Part shown: positions 31,952-41,620 of the stretch, piece after piece | How positions within the stretch are numbered: position 1 is the first letter of the stretch | How the letters are laid out: each line of letters begins with the position of its first letter | NCBI GenBank assembly: GCA_963667015.2 | Contig: CAXXJJ010000004.1 | Location: 1,824,001-1,888,000 of the forward strand | Source: Desulfatiglandales bacterium | Lineage (GTDB): Bacteria; Desulfobacterota; DSM-4660; Desulfatiglandales; HGW-15 | DNA: 64,000 bases | Reading direction: 5' to 3' | Program-made: the position numbers and the translations under genes | Notes under the pieces: model-generated | Database searches by the model: none | What the model was told of the DNA's origin: nothing | The model's input: only the letters and a program-made list of their open reading frames with translations

Positions 31952-33015
31952 GAAAGCACCGGGGTCAACCCTTGACTGTGACGTTTTAATGCCACCTTCA
32001 GCATCTTTGTTGGGTTGCTTCGCTTAACCCAACCTACATACTCGATAATCACTCCGGCAAAAACAAATACACTAATAACATGCTAATCAGCCAACAGGCA
32101 TCTCATTCCATACTTTTTTACTTCTGTTGATCTTTTTTTGTACCGTTTGCCAGGCCTTTCTATTTAAAAATGAATCTCCGTAACGGTTTAGCATTTCAGA
32201 AAACATCTGAAATGGAACTGTAAAAGACAGCTCATCATTTTTATAATATTTTCTTGCAGAAGGGTCCCATCCACCAATAACCGCTTTAGGCTTCCCGCTA
32301 TTTAGGTAATGTAATGGCCAGACAGCAAGGCCCCCGCATCCCGCACTCCATGGCGATACTACTGCTTCAGGGTCATTAGTTACAAAAGCAGTAAGCTGAT
32401 GTAATCCGCAAAGGGATTCCGGCCTGGAGAAAAATATAACAAGCTCCGGATTTTCATCTCGTTCAAAAAGACTCAGAGGCTTAACCACACAGTACTTTTT
32501 AGGTGCCGGTCTCGGGTCTACAAATTCGAAAATCTTACGAACGGCATCGGGTGACTCACAATACTGTTCCCCTTCCATATAGTTTGGAATTCCAGTTGAT
32601 ACATAGTTAATAATCATCTCTGTCTGAGGCTTATTAAACCCAAGCCAGAATGCAGCACCAGGACATCCGAATTGGTTGGCTGAAAACCATGCAATACTTT
32701 TCTTTTTACGAGCTCGCCAGATATGACCTATGGCACATGAAAACTTGCCAAACACCTCCTGCCAATCAATTTCATTTTTTAATTCCCTATCCCTGGTTGG
32801 AAGTTCAACTTTTTTGGGTGAAAATCCTTCAACAGGCTTATCACCAGTATAGAAAAGCCCCATAGGCTCTTCGTCAAGCTCAAGTATCTTGAGAAAGTCC
32901 GGCAGCAATTGTAATATATGAGTATCCATTATTTCCTCCGAAGATTAGATTAAGATCTACAATCGATCACACATGCGAAAGCAACGGAGTCAGCCCCTGA
33001 CTGTGACATATTAAT
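31952..33015. repeat. 39-bp direct repeats (31952-31990, 32977-33015) bracketing the DUF169 gene
   Basis: gaaagcaccggggtcaacccttgactgtgacgttttaat vs gaaagcaacggagtcagcccctgactgtgacatattaat (33/39). Confidence 0.8.
32087..32929 (-). CDS. DUF169 domain protein
   Basis: L.LDEEPMG, FSCAIG, GCPGA..LGF, WSAGC, GGWDPSAR, ELSFTVP. Confidence 0.8.
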   Translation of the reverse strand: MDTHILQLLPDFLKILELDEEPMGLFYTGDKPVEGFSPKKVELPTRDRELKNEIDWQEVFGKFSCAIGHIWRARKKKSIAWFSANQFGCPGAAFWLGFNKPQTEMIINYVSTGIPNYMEGEQYCESPDAVRKIFEFVDPRPAPKKYCVVKPLSLFERDENPELVIFFSRPESLCGLHQLTAFVTNDPEAVVSPWSAGCGGLAVWPLHYLNSGKPKAVIGGWDPSARKYYKNDELSFTVPFQMFSEMLNRYGDSFLNRKAWQTVQKKINRSKKVWNEMPVG

Positions 33016-33076
33016 CTTTTGTGGAGAAAACAGTCCATGTCAATGTCAAGGAACCCCGGTTTTTCATTACTCCTTT

Positions 33077-34918
33077 TTATCGTCCTGATTTGGTCAATGT
33101 GGCACCTCTAATAACTTTGGTCATAAACGGCCTTTCCACAAAATCCGGGGGACTGTCTGCCCTCGGGGTGGTTGAGCCTGCAGCCGTTGTATAAACCATT
33201 GTTTGACCAACCGCATTACCGGCTACAATAACTGCTACATGTTTTGGATCCACAAAAGGCTCTATAAGAAGCCCGGGTTTACAGTCTTCCAGCCTGATCC
33301 CTTTCCTTTTTCCCTGGGCTACTGATTCTTTAAACCGTTTCCGCTCCTCCTCGTCCATTTTGTTCCAGTTAACCGAGGTCTTGTCATAAATCCACTGCAC
33401 CAGAGATTGTTTTGTAAAACCGGCATCTGCCAGTTGACTGGCCAATGTCGGATGCAAAACCAATTCATACCTGTAGCCACTTGAGGCTGTATTGCCAAAA
33501 TAACCGGAGGGGATAAAAAGGTTTGCCAGCGATTCCATAGATTGTTCAAATGTCTGAAAATTTAATGTCTCTCCCGGCCCATTTGAAACCCAGAGTGTCT
33601 CATTTACAGAAACAGTGCTTTCTTCCGGCTTATATCCTTGCTCGACAGAAAAGGATTCCCAGGGATTTTCCTTCTGGTTTTCGGGGATCAAATAATTTGT
33701 ATAAGCGATCGGTGTACCCGGACCTCCCGGCATAGCGTAAATGTTCATTTCACGCCAGCCTATATTTATCATACACATGGCTATCGCCCTGCCAATAGTG
33801 CTGTTTGCCCTGTAACCGGGACTCAGGTAACCTATATTGTTGTTCATACCGATCTCTTCTATAATGGGTCCGCTAATCCATATCACGGGTAACGGCCCGG
33901 TAACGATATGATACTGGCAAAAATTTTTATCCGTAATACATTCTATCGCAGTAATAATAATCGGAAGATACTCGGGCTTTGCTCCGGTCATTACTGAATT
34001 TATTGCGATTTTTTCTACAGTTGCCATCCCTTTTCTGGGATACATGATCCCGATTTCTTCAGTTGGCTTCCGGCTTGTCCCGGCAAGCATTTCATTAACT
34101 GCTTCTCTGGTTGGAGGCACTACAGGTAATCCGTCACTCATAAAATTCTCATGGCAGTATTGCTGATATTTTTCGATCGCTTCGGAAAAGCTGCTTCCGG
34201 TGAACTTTTTAGTAGAATAATCATGATAAAAGGGAACAGGTTCTTTTTCCGATTTTGTCAGCGGCGCTGTCAAAGCTTTTACTGTATCATCGAACACTTC
34301 GGATGCTACTCTATCCATAAGTTCCTGGTTTGCTTTGGCCTTGAGATATGCCTTGTCCGGAAGGGATATTATACGAATGGTCGGCATACCATTAATTTCA
34401 GCCAGGCTTCTGCGCTGTGGTATAAGGCTGTTTACACTGAAGGCTGCTCCGGGTTTGCCGATTTTCTCCAGTCTGCTGTCATAGTCGATCTCCATGGAAG
34501 TTGCCGTTTTAACTCCCTCCAGCCATACATCACAGGCTGCGGCTACCTCTGCAGTATTATCAGGCACTATTGGACTGGCCGGGGAAGGGAAACGAAGTAT
34601 TGTTGCGGTTGGATAGGCCTTTTTAAGCAGCTTCTCCAGGGAATTGAAAAATAAAATCGCATCCGGCTTATCAGCCATTAATGCGATCTTCTTTCCGTTC
34701 AGATCATTTATCCGCGGGTTGGACAGCCCTTCCACCTCTGGCGAGACGAGCCTGCCACGGGGATCCAGCACCTCGATCATAACCTCTTTCTGTGAGGTCT
34801 CTGTTTTCCTGTCGCATGCCAGGTTAAACAGTAAAGCAAGACATATTATTCCGGCCGCAGGGATCCCTATAAAAAATCTTCTGCCTTCAAGCTTTCTGCT
34901 TTTTTTTCTGGGATTCAT
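33077..34918 (-). CDS. UGSC-family paralog lacking the U/CxxC motif; predicted lipoprotein
   Basis: Lipobox LAC; SDGLPVVPPT, VEKIAINSVMTGA, ANSTIGR; the motif position reads GVKTATS. Confidence 0.85.
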   Translation of the reverse strand: MNPRKKSRKLEGRRFFIGIPAAGIICLALLFNLACDRKTETSQKEVMIEVLDPRGRLVSPEVEGLSNPRINDLNGKKIALMADKPDAILFFNSLEKLLKKAYPTATILRFPSPASPIVPDNTAEVAAACDVWLEGVKTATSMEIDYDSRLEKIGKPGAAFSVNSLIPQRRSLAEINGMPTIRIISLPDKAYLKAKANQELMDRVASEVFDDTVKALTAPLTKSEKEPVPFYHDYSTKKFTGSSFSEAIEKYQQYCHENFMSDGLPVVPPTREAVNEMLAGTSRKPTEEIGIMYPRKGMATVEKIAINSVMTGAKPEYLPIIITAIECITDKNFCQYHIVTGPLPVIWISGPIIEEIGMNNNIGYLSPGYRANSTIGRAIAMCMINIGWREMNIYAMPGGPGTPIAYTNYLIPENQKENPWESFSVEQGYKPEESTVSVNETLWVSNGPGETLNFQTFEQSMESLANLFIPSGYFGNTASSGYRYELVLHPTLASQLADAGFTKQSLVQWIYDKTSVNWNKMDEEERKRFKESVAQGKRKGIRLEDCKPGLLIEPFVDPKHVAVIVAGNAVGQTMVYTTAAGSTTPRADSPPDFVERPFMTKVIRGATLTKSGR

Positions 34919-35056
34919 TATTTTCCTCCTTATATTGTCTTGTTATACATATTATCAGAAGACTGGATTCAGTAATGCCATCATTAATTCATTCCGCTTA
35001 CTGCATTGTTTTTCCCCTTTTTTATTTTTTTTTAAAATTACCATATGTTTTAATAT

Positions 35057-35237
35057 AGGCACCTCCCCATCCATAGTATATTGGGTACTATGGACCGGGC
35101 GCATAAGCGCAACAATAAATTTAAAGGATCTAGGAGGTGCCAGAATGAAAGTATACGCAGGAATCGATTTGCATTCAAGTAATAACTACATAGAGATTAT
35201 CAACGAAAAGGATGAACGGTTGTATCAGAAGCGGCTA
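35057..35237 (+). mobile_element. Second IS110 remnant (leader plus 31 codons)
   Basis: ATG 35145 MKVYAGIDLHSSNNYIEIINEKDERLYQKRL; nearly identical to the minus-strand copy ending at 20680. Confidence 0.88.
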
Positions 35238-35454
35238 ATGGATGACCCCTTGATTGCTCATGTCCCTGGTCTACCTCAAAACCCGAATTATATGCACATA
35301 CTGCAGCCATTTTCCGGTTTAGCTTTAAATTTAACAAATCAAAAATATACCTGGATTTTCCTGTTTTAGGTATTATGTCATTGACAAACAGATTCTTTCC
35401 AAATACCTTATGCTATATTTAATACAAGCTAAAATTGAAATCTGGAGAAGAACG

Positions 35455-36354
35455 ATGAAAAAAGAATTTGCTGCTGTGCTCTTTCTAATCCTGTTTATTA
35501 TAGTTTTACCTGTTCAAAAAACAGCGGCCCGTGACAGCGAAAAAGAATTAGAGAATGATGTTGTTAAAGCCGTTGTGATTGGCGGAATGACCATGACAGG
35601 TTTGTGGGATGAAATAAGTAAAATGTTTGAGGCCAGGACAGGAATAAGGGTTGAGGTTGTTGATACCGGTCCCAGGCCCAATATTGAAGTACCCTTTCAA
35701 CAGGGAAAGGCTGACCTTTTAACCATGCATTCCGGTGATATAACGACTGATTTGGTGGCTGACGGTTACGGCATAGAAATGAAGCCATGGGCACATAATA
35801 ATATAGTAATTTTAGGCCCAAAGAGTGACCCTGCGGGTATTAAAGGAATGAGGGACGGAGCGAAGGCGCTTAAAAGAATTGCTGCAACCGGATCCAGTTA
35901 TGTAGACCTTTGGGGAATCGGTATGCGCGAAGTGAGCCAGAAGATGTGGAAAAAGGCAGGGATTTTCCCGCCAATAGGCGACTGGGTTATAAAGGATGAA
36001 AGACAAAACAAAAATGGCATATTAAGGTACGTGGCGGAAAAAAACGCATATACATTGTTTGGTAGAATGCCGGTTCTGTTTGAAAAAAGAGATATAAAAG
36101 GGCTGGAAATAATGGTTGAAAATGACCCGGATATGCACAGACCATATATTGTCATGCTGGCAAATCCCGATGTTTTTTCTCATACCAATATTGAAGGGGC
36201 GCGCAAATTACAGGCGTTCCTGCTTTCAAAAGATGTTCAGGTGTTTTTATCTAAATTCGGGGCCGATGAATTTGGAGGTATCCCATTATTTTACCCGTTG
36301 AGACAAAGGGCTTTTAAGGGGAAAAGTGAAAGGCTGACCGCTGGTAAAGATTAA
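35455..36354 (+). CDS. TupA-like periplasmic substrate-binding protein (orphan)
   Basis: Signal peptide; GKADLLTMH, ILGPKSDPAGIKG, W++AG, Y.V...NP..F..TNIEGA. Confidence 0.72.
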   Translation: MKKEFAAVLFLILFIIVLPVQKTAARDSEKELENDVVKAVVIGGMTMTGLWDEISKMFEARTGIRVEVVDTGPRPNIEVPFQQGKADLLTMHSGDITTDLVADGYGIEMKPWAHNNIVILGPKSDPAGIKGMRDGAKALKRIAATGSSYVDLWGIGMREVSQKMWKKAGIFPPIGDWVIKDERQNKNGILRYVAEKNAYTLFGRMPVLFEKRDIKGLEIMVENDPDMHRPYIVMLANPDVFSHTNIEGARKLQAFLLSKDVQVFLSKFGADEFGGIPLFYPLRQRAFKGKSERLTAGKD

Positions 36355-36481
36355 ATATCCTGTGAAACATATCCATTTGGATTATCTATTATCAATATAA
36401 GGCTGGGGGTCAAGTCTGCCCTTGACTCTTACTCGTTTAGCTGCCCAATCCTTAAGAGTCATCGGCAGATCTGCCCCCTTT

Positions 36482-38143
36482 TCACTCGGCGCACACAAAG
36501 CTGTCGGCGCTGTTCACGTCGCCGCCTTTGTAACGAGCCACTAAAGGATATGGACAAAGCGGTCTCGATACGCCGGGAAAAGATACGCCCGTTGCTTTGA
36601 TTCGATCCGGAGCATGTCCTTCTTCCACCCAGGCCATGATTGCTTCAAGCATATCGAATTGGTCTGTGGCCTTACCGCCGTCACAGTGACACATACCGGG
36701 AATGAGAAATAGCCGAACAGATTCACGAATAGACTCTCCGTTGTCCCTGACGACCTGATCATACCAATCAGCAAGTACACTGGAGGCCATGCCCTGATCG
36801 GAGAGACCGTTATAAACAATCATTTTCCCATGACCTGCGAAAGTTTGCAAAAAAGTGGAATCAGCATCACTTAACATTTCGGTGTTGCGGGTACGCTCTA
36901 CATCACGGTCAAAATCAAACTTCAGGGGATCCATATCCGGGTCCGGTGGTGTCAGTTGATAATAGCGCATATTACTCAAACCAAGTCCGGCATCGGCAGC
37001 ATCCCATTCTCCAGTGCCGGATGAACCAAGATGCATGGCCCGCCAGATTGGGTCGGCAATACCGGTGTCATAGTTAAAAGCGCTGTAAAGGGGTTTCCCC
37101 TCACTAGTTCGAGGACCGGCGTATATATCATGCAATGCATCTACCTGCGCCTTTGAGAGACAGGTATCTCTTTTTTCAGCTTTGCAGGTCAGAATAACTG
37201 GATCAAAGTCACAGCTTTGCCAGTCGTTGATAATGCCGTCAGCAAGGCCGTCCAGTGCGTCACAATGTTTAAGAACACCATCAGCCACCAGGCGTAAATC
37301 ACCATCCGAAAAGGCTTTTGAAATGACAGGCCGCCCTTTTTCATCCTTTGGAGAAATACGGGCAACCACCTGGAGATTCCACATTTCGTCTGTAGCTACT
37401 TTGGAGAATTTAATAGACGGATCGCCGGAAACTATTCCGTCAAAATAAAGCGGGAAGCGCTGAGAGGCTACCAATCCCTGACGTCCCCCGTTGGAGCACC
37501 CCAATAAATATGAGTAAGTTGGTGCAGTACCATAATATCCGGTCACCAGTTCCTTTGCCTTGAGTGTTACTGTTCCCAGGGCGTTATAGGCGTAATCAAT
37601 ACGGGCCTGCTGGTCGAGTCCAAAGGACCCATCGAGCCAATCGCCACGATGTCCACCATCAGTGGAAACAACTGCAAAACCACGCGCAAGGGCCGATGGC
37701 CTGACTGAACCAAAAATATCACCTAAGGCGGGAGCGAGCCTGCCGTCCAGACCACCACCACCATGGAAAGCAAATCGACCATTCCAGTTTGTTGGCATCC
37801 GCAGATCAAAACCCAGCCCGAATTTGCGGCCACCCGCACCGATGCGGGGGTTCAGCATACCCTGAACCAGACAATGCTCAGGAAGAAATTCTCCTTTCTC
37901 ATCCTCCGTGCCACTGCCATCCGCCATAGGTGCAGGCCCGGCAGGAACAATCTCAGCTTTTTCGATCACAAAACTTGATGTAGCTAGTTTTGCAATCGAT
38001 TTGCAGGCAGAGATATTAGCTTTTATATCTTCCCCGAATGCTGATCCAATAGGAAGAACAACTGCAAGAATCGCGCAGAGTAATCCTCGCACTATGGGGT
38101 TACATAAAGATGAATTCTTAAATGAACTTGTTTTGAAAATCAT
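36482..38143 (-). CDS. Tannase/feruloyl esterase family hydrolase, exported
   Basis: GCSNGG, GLSD, PGMCHC (CS-D-HC motif), SRPLCPYP; RBS AAGGAG before ATG 38143. Confidence 0.9.
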   Translation of the reverse strand: MIFKTSSFKNSSLCNPIVRGLLCAILAVVLPIGSAFGEDIKANISACKSIAKLATSSFVIEKAEIVPAGPAPMADGSGTEDEKGEFLPEHCLVQGMLNPRIGAGGRKFGLGFDLRMPTNWNGRFAFHGGGGLDGRLAPALGDIFGSVRPSALARGFAVVSTDGGHRGDWLDGSFGLDQQARIDYAYNALGTVTLKAKELVTGYYGTAPTYSYLLGCSNGGRQGLVASQRFPLYFDGIVSGDPSIKFSKVATDEMWNLQVVARISPKDEKGRPVISKAFSDGDLRLVADGVLKHCDALDGLADGIINDWQSCDFDPVILTCKAEKRDTCLSKAQVDALHDIYAGPRTSEGKPLYSAFNYDTGIADPIWRAMHLGSSGTGEWDAADAGLGLSNMRYYQLTPPDPDMDPLKFDFDRDVERTRNTEMLSDADSTFLQTFAGHGKMIVYNGLSDQGMASSVLADWYDQVVRDNGESIRESVRLFLIPGMCHCDGGKATDQFDMLEAIMAWVEEGHAPDRIKATGVSFPGVSRPLCPYPLVARYKGGDVNSADSFVCAE

Positions 38144-38870
38144 ATGAGCGTCTCCTTCTAGGGTTATAATAATCAAGTTTTTAATATGCCTTCATCATTG
38201 ATACGGAAACCAAACAGGGTCAGACCTTTATTATTGACAGATTTCAAAAATCACAAGCCAAAAATAAATGGATTCCCCAGTCTAAGCCGGAGAATGACGA
38301 CCTAAATACTTTTAAAAATATTATATGATGAAGCAAAACCTTGATTCAATATTCACCCTGTAAATAGGGTTCCCTCTGGGAAATTGAACAGGGTAAATCC
38401 GCTTTGCTGTCATAATTATAAATTTCACTGGTTAAAGATTTAGGACTTTTTTGTAATAAATGCAAGAAAGAAAAGATAGATGTCAGAGGGCGGAGATCAG
38501 AGGGCAGCCGGGCCGCTTGCCGAAAAGCCGGAAAGATTGATCAAGTAGAAAACTGTTAAAAGCAAATAATTGGACACGGATTAACACGGATTTTTAGGAT
38601 TTTTTTAAAAACAAAAGATCAGTGTTCACCTGTGTAGATCTGTGTCCCTTAATTCTAAATGCAGTTTCATACGAGCTACAGATGCAGTAATACCGATAGG
38701 AAAAGAAAAATATAATGATGCTTTGCATATAAAAATGTGCTGCAGGCACATTAAATTGTGCATTTTTCTTATTTTTATTATTTAAACAATTTTGAACACC
38801 TCCTTTTAAAAAAATCCAATGCACTGCTATACCCTACTTTTTCATTTATCAAGTCACAGATAATCGGTTT

Positions 38871-38886
38871 TGGCACAATCTTTGTA
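38871..38886 (+). promoter_or_regulatory. Possible sigma54 -24/-12 promoter
   Basis: TGGCAC-N5-TTGTA (consensus TTGCA) upstream of 39141. Confidence 0.35.
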
Positions 38887-39140
38887 ATTCCAAAAACAGC
38901 CTTAAGCGGTTTAGACTAAAGGCTGTTAGGAAATGCAAAACATATCAATAGTATTCAGCCTGAACCGCTACTCTGTTCCGCCATAGCTTTAGCGACGGCA
39001 GAAGCCTATTTTAAAACCACAGGTGAATCAATATAAATTAAAATGAGAAGGTTTTATCAGCACTGCCAGAGTCAATACGAATACCCTAATGGCCTTCAGT
39101 CTAATAGCCTTCAGTCTACTTTTAAACAAAAGGTGACAAA

Positions 39141-40550
39141 ATGAGCAAAGTAAAATCTATAAAAATTAAAGACATTGTCCTGGACAGCAGTATCTATCCG
39201 AGAATCAGTATTGACCACAAAAGGGTATCCCTGTTCGAGGAAAACATGAGGGATGGATTTGAATTTGATCCTATTCATTTGCAGGCCCATCCGGACGAAC
39301 CTGGTAAATACCGCATCCTGGATGGTGCGCACCGGTTCAAGGCATATAAGGGGATCGGGGAAAAGGAAATTGAGGCGGAAATCATTAATCTCAATGGAGA
39401 AGATCCCCTGCTGTATGCCGCAAGCAAGGCCAAAGGCCCCAGAGAGCTTAAGGATGAAGAGGCAAGGGAGATCGCCAGGAGGGCTTATCAGAAAAATCCT
39501 AAATTAAGTCCGGAGAAGATAGGAAAAGCCATATGCAGATCAAGGAGAACAGTTGACGGTTATATTTCTGATCTCAGGGCAGCAGTCAGGGCTGATCTTG
39601 GTTTAAAGATATTCCGCATGTCCCGTCTGGGCATACCCCAGGAAAGGATATCTGGCCGTTTGGGCCTGCTTCAAAGTGTAATTTCAAGCTATTTATCGGA
39701 TCTGGCAATGCTGCCAAATCCGATAAATAGCGACCTGAAAAAAGGTTTCACTGTAACCCAGGTGGCTGAAAAGCACTGCTGGCCTGAATCTCTGGTGTGG
39801 GCTGTTAAACTTTCGGGAAAAGATGACCTTGATAAATACCGGGAATTACAGTGGGGAATAAGGACATGGGACTACTGGAGCTGGACTGACTGCGACAGAA
39901 GGTTCGGTGATGATTGGCCCGGAAGAATCCCCGCGCAATTGATAGCTCATCTGCTTTTTTTCTTTTCCAGAGAGAACGATCTGATCTTTGATCCAATGGC
40001 TGGGGGTGGTGTTACTGCAGATACCTGCCTGGCCTTTAACCGCCGCTGCTGGAGTTTTGATCTGGTAGACAGATCCGATGAAAGACCGGAGATAGAACCC
40101 TGGTTCTGGGACACAGGCAATATGAAGTGGCCTGTTAATGGAAAAACAAAGCCGGACCTCATAATCTTTGATCCGCCCTATTTCAGTAAAAAGGCAAAGG
40201 ATTATGAAGATAACAGCATTTCGAATCTTTCACGAAAAGAGTACTTGGATTTTCTTGAGAGGTTTTTCAGGCTGGCAGCAGAGAACAGTAAAAAAACCAC
40301 AAGACTTGCCATGGTGAATGCTGACTGGCGAGACTTCCAGGGCACTTCTGCCATGGATGAGACACGTAAGCTATCTATCCTGATGCCTGATTATTATATG
40401 TTGATGGAAAAGGCAGGGTGGGAGGTAAGACATATCATACAGGCCCCCATGTCATCCGAGAGGTTCCAGGCAAACGTGGTTGCTGCGATGCAAAAAAAGA
40501 GAATACTGGGTGTTACAAGCAGGAATGTGCTGGTAGGACGGAAGAAATGA
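39141..40550 (+). CDS. ParB/Srx N-terminal domain fused to an amino-DNA methyltransferase
   Basis: ILDGAHR, HTH-like middle region, WPGRIP, FDPMAGGG (motif I), FDPPY (motif IV). Confidence 0.87.
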   Translation: MSKVKSIKIKDIVLDSSIYPRISIDHKRVSLFEENMRDGFEFDPIHLQAHPDEPGKYRILDGAHRFKAYKGIGEKEIEAEIINLNGEDPLLYAASKAKGPRELKDEEAREIARRAYQKNPKLSPEKIGKAICRSRRTVDGYISDLRAAVRADLGLKIFRMSRLGIPQERISGRLGLLQSVISSYLSDLAMLPNPINSDLKKGFTVTQVAEKHCWPESLVWAVKLSGKDDLDKYRELQWGIRTWDYWSWTDCDRRFGDDWPGRIPAQLIAHLLFFFSRENDLIFDPMAGGGVTADTCLAFNRRCWSFDLVDRSDERPEIEPWFWDTGNMKWPVNGKTKPDLIIFDPPYFSKKAKDYEDNSISNLSRKEYLDFLERFFRLAAENSKKTTRLAMVNADWRDFQGTSAMDETRKLSILMPDYYMLMEKAGWEVRHIIQAPMSSERFQANVVAAMQKKRILGVTSRNVLVGRKK

Positions 40551-40722
40551 AAGTCTGAAGGCTGTCGGGGAGATTGGAGAACAGAGGTGCTTTTAAATAT
40601 AGACTTTTTCAACTCCGGATGTTAATCATTTTCTGGAACTCCAAAAAAACCGGTTAAATATTGCTTAAGGAGTTTTTGGATTATTCATGGATATAACCAG
40701 TAACCTAACAGGTTAATATTTT

Positions 40723-41502
40723 ATGAAACAGGCTTCTTTTCATCAATTGATTGAGTTTATGGAAATAGCACGCGATCTGAGCTGTGAATCGGATCTGGAT
40801 ATTTTCAGGCGTGAGATCTTAAACTGCATAGATGATTATATCCCTTCAGACGGCTCACTGATTGTCCTGGAAAATGAAAATTACCATTCTCCGGATTTTT
40901 TCATAAGAAATATAAATGAGAAAAAGAACATGGAATATCTTGAGTATTATTATTCCATGGATCCTTTTTCAAATGTTAAAGGTCCTTCACAATGCCTGCA
41001 GCTTGTGCCCCGCCTTCCTCATGGAAAAACAGTTATAGCACTTGAAGAGATAGTGAATTATCCGGATTTTATATCCAGTGAGTATTACAGGGATTTTTTA
41101 AAACCGCAAAATATACATTATGAACTTGAAATCTACTTTAAGCAGATGAACCGGGTAAAAGGTTTCATAGCCCTGCTCCGTCCCCGTTGGTCTCAATCCT
41201 TTTCTGAAAGAGAAATAAGTTTCGCCAGGGCCTTTGCCCCTTTCCTGTCTCTTGCCCTTGATAATATTCTGCTTAATAAAAACAGGAACAGGAATCTGGA
41301 GATCGCCCGCACATCCTTTAATCTCACAAAACGTCAACTTGATGTGGTTAAATTTATTTGCGAAGGTTTAACAAATCGGGAGATAGCAGACAGACTTGGT
41401 ATCAGTGATTTGACGGTCAAGTCTCATATCCAGAATTTATTTGAAAAAACAGGTGTTAATTCAAGGTCTTCTCTTGTGTATAAGATTATTGCAGGTGTTT
41501 AG
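40723..41502 (+). CDS. LuxR-family HTH regulator with GAF-like N-terminal domain
   Basis: LTKRQLDV..GLTNREIA..LGIS..TVKSHI. Confidence 0.88.
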   Translation: MKQASFHQLIEFMEIARDLSCESDLDIFRREILNCIDDYIPSDGSLIVLENENYHSPDFFIRNINEKKNMEYLEYYYSMDPFSNVKGPSQCLQLVPRLPHGKTVIALEEIVNYPDFISSEYYRDFLKPQNIHYELEIYFKQMNRVKGFIALLRPRWSQSFSEREISFARAFAPFLSLALDNILLNKNRNRNLEIARTSFNLTKRQLDVVKFICEGLTNREIADRLGISDLTVKSHIQNLFEKTGVNSRSSLVYKIIAGV

Positions 41503-41535
41503 GGTATCTCTTTTCATCCATCCATAAAATTTTCC

Positions 41536-41567
41536 ACATAAAATACTCCAAAAGGAGCATTTTATGT
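41536..41567. promoter_or_regulatory. Palindromic operator candidate
   Basis: ACATAAAATACTCC-AAAA-GGAGCATTTTATGT (13/14) between the LuxR gene and the amidohydrolase. Confidence 0.55.
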
Positions 41568-41620
41568 TTAACTGCCGTGATATATTATAACTGTTAAACC
41601 TGAAATATTGGAGGGTAACC

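Noticed and set aside
34644..35369. 241-aa ORF as a real gene
   Set aside because: Chance frame made of antisense sequence, intergenic DNA and 31 IS110 codons
36482..38143. Calling the tannase-family enzyme a MHETase or plastic degrader
   Set aside because: CS-D-HC is family-wide; specificity cannot be inferred by eye
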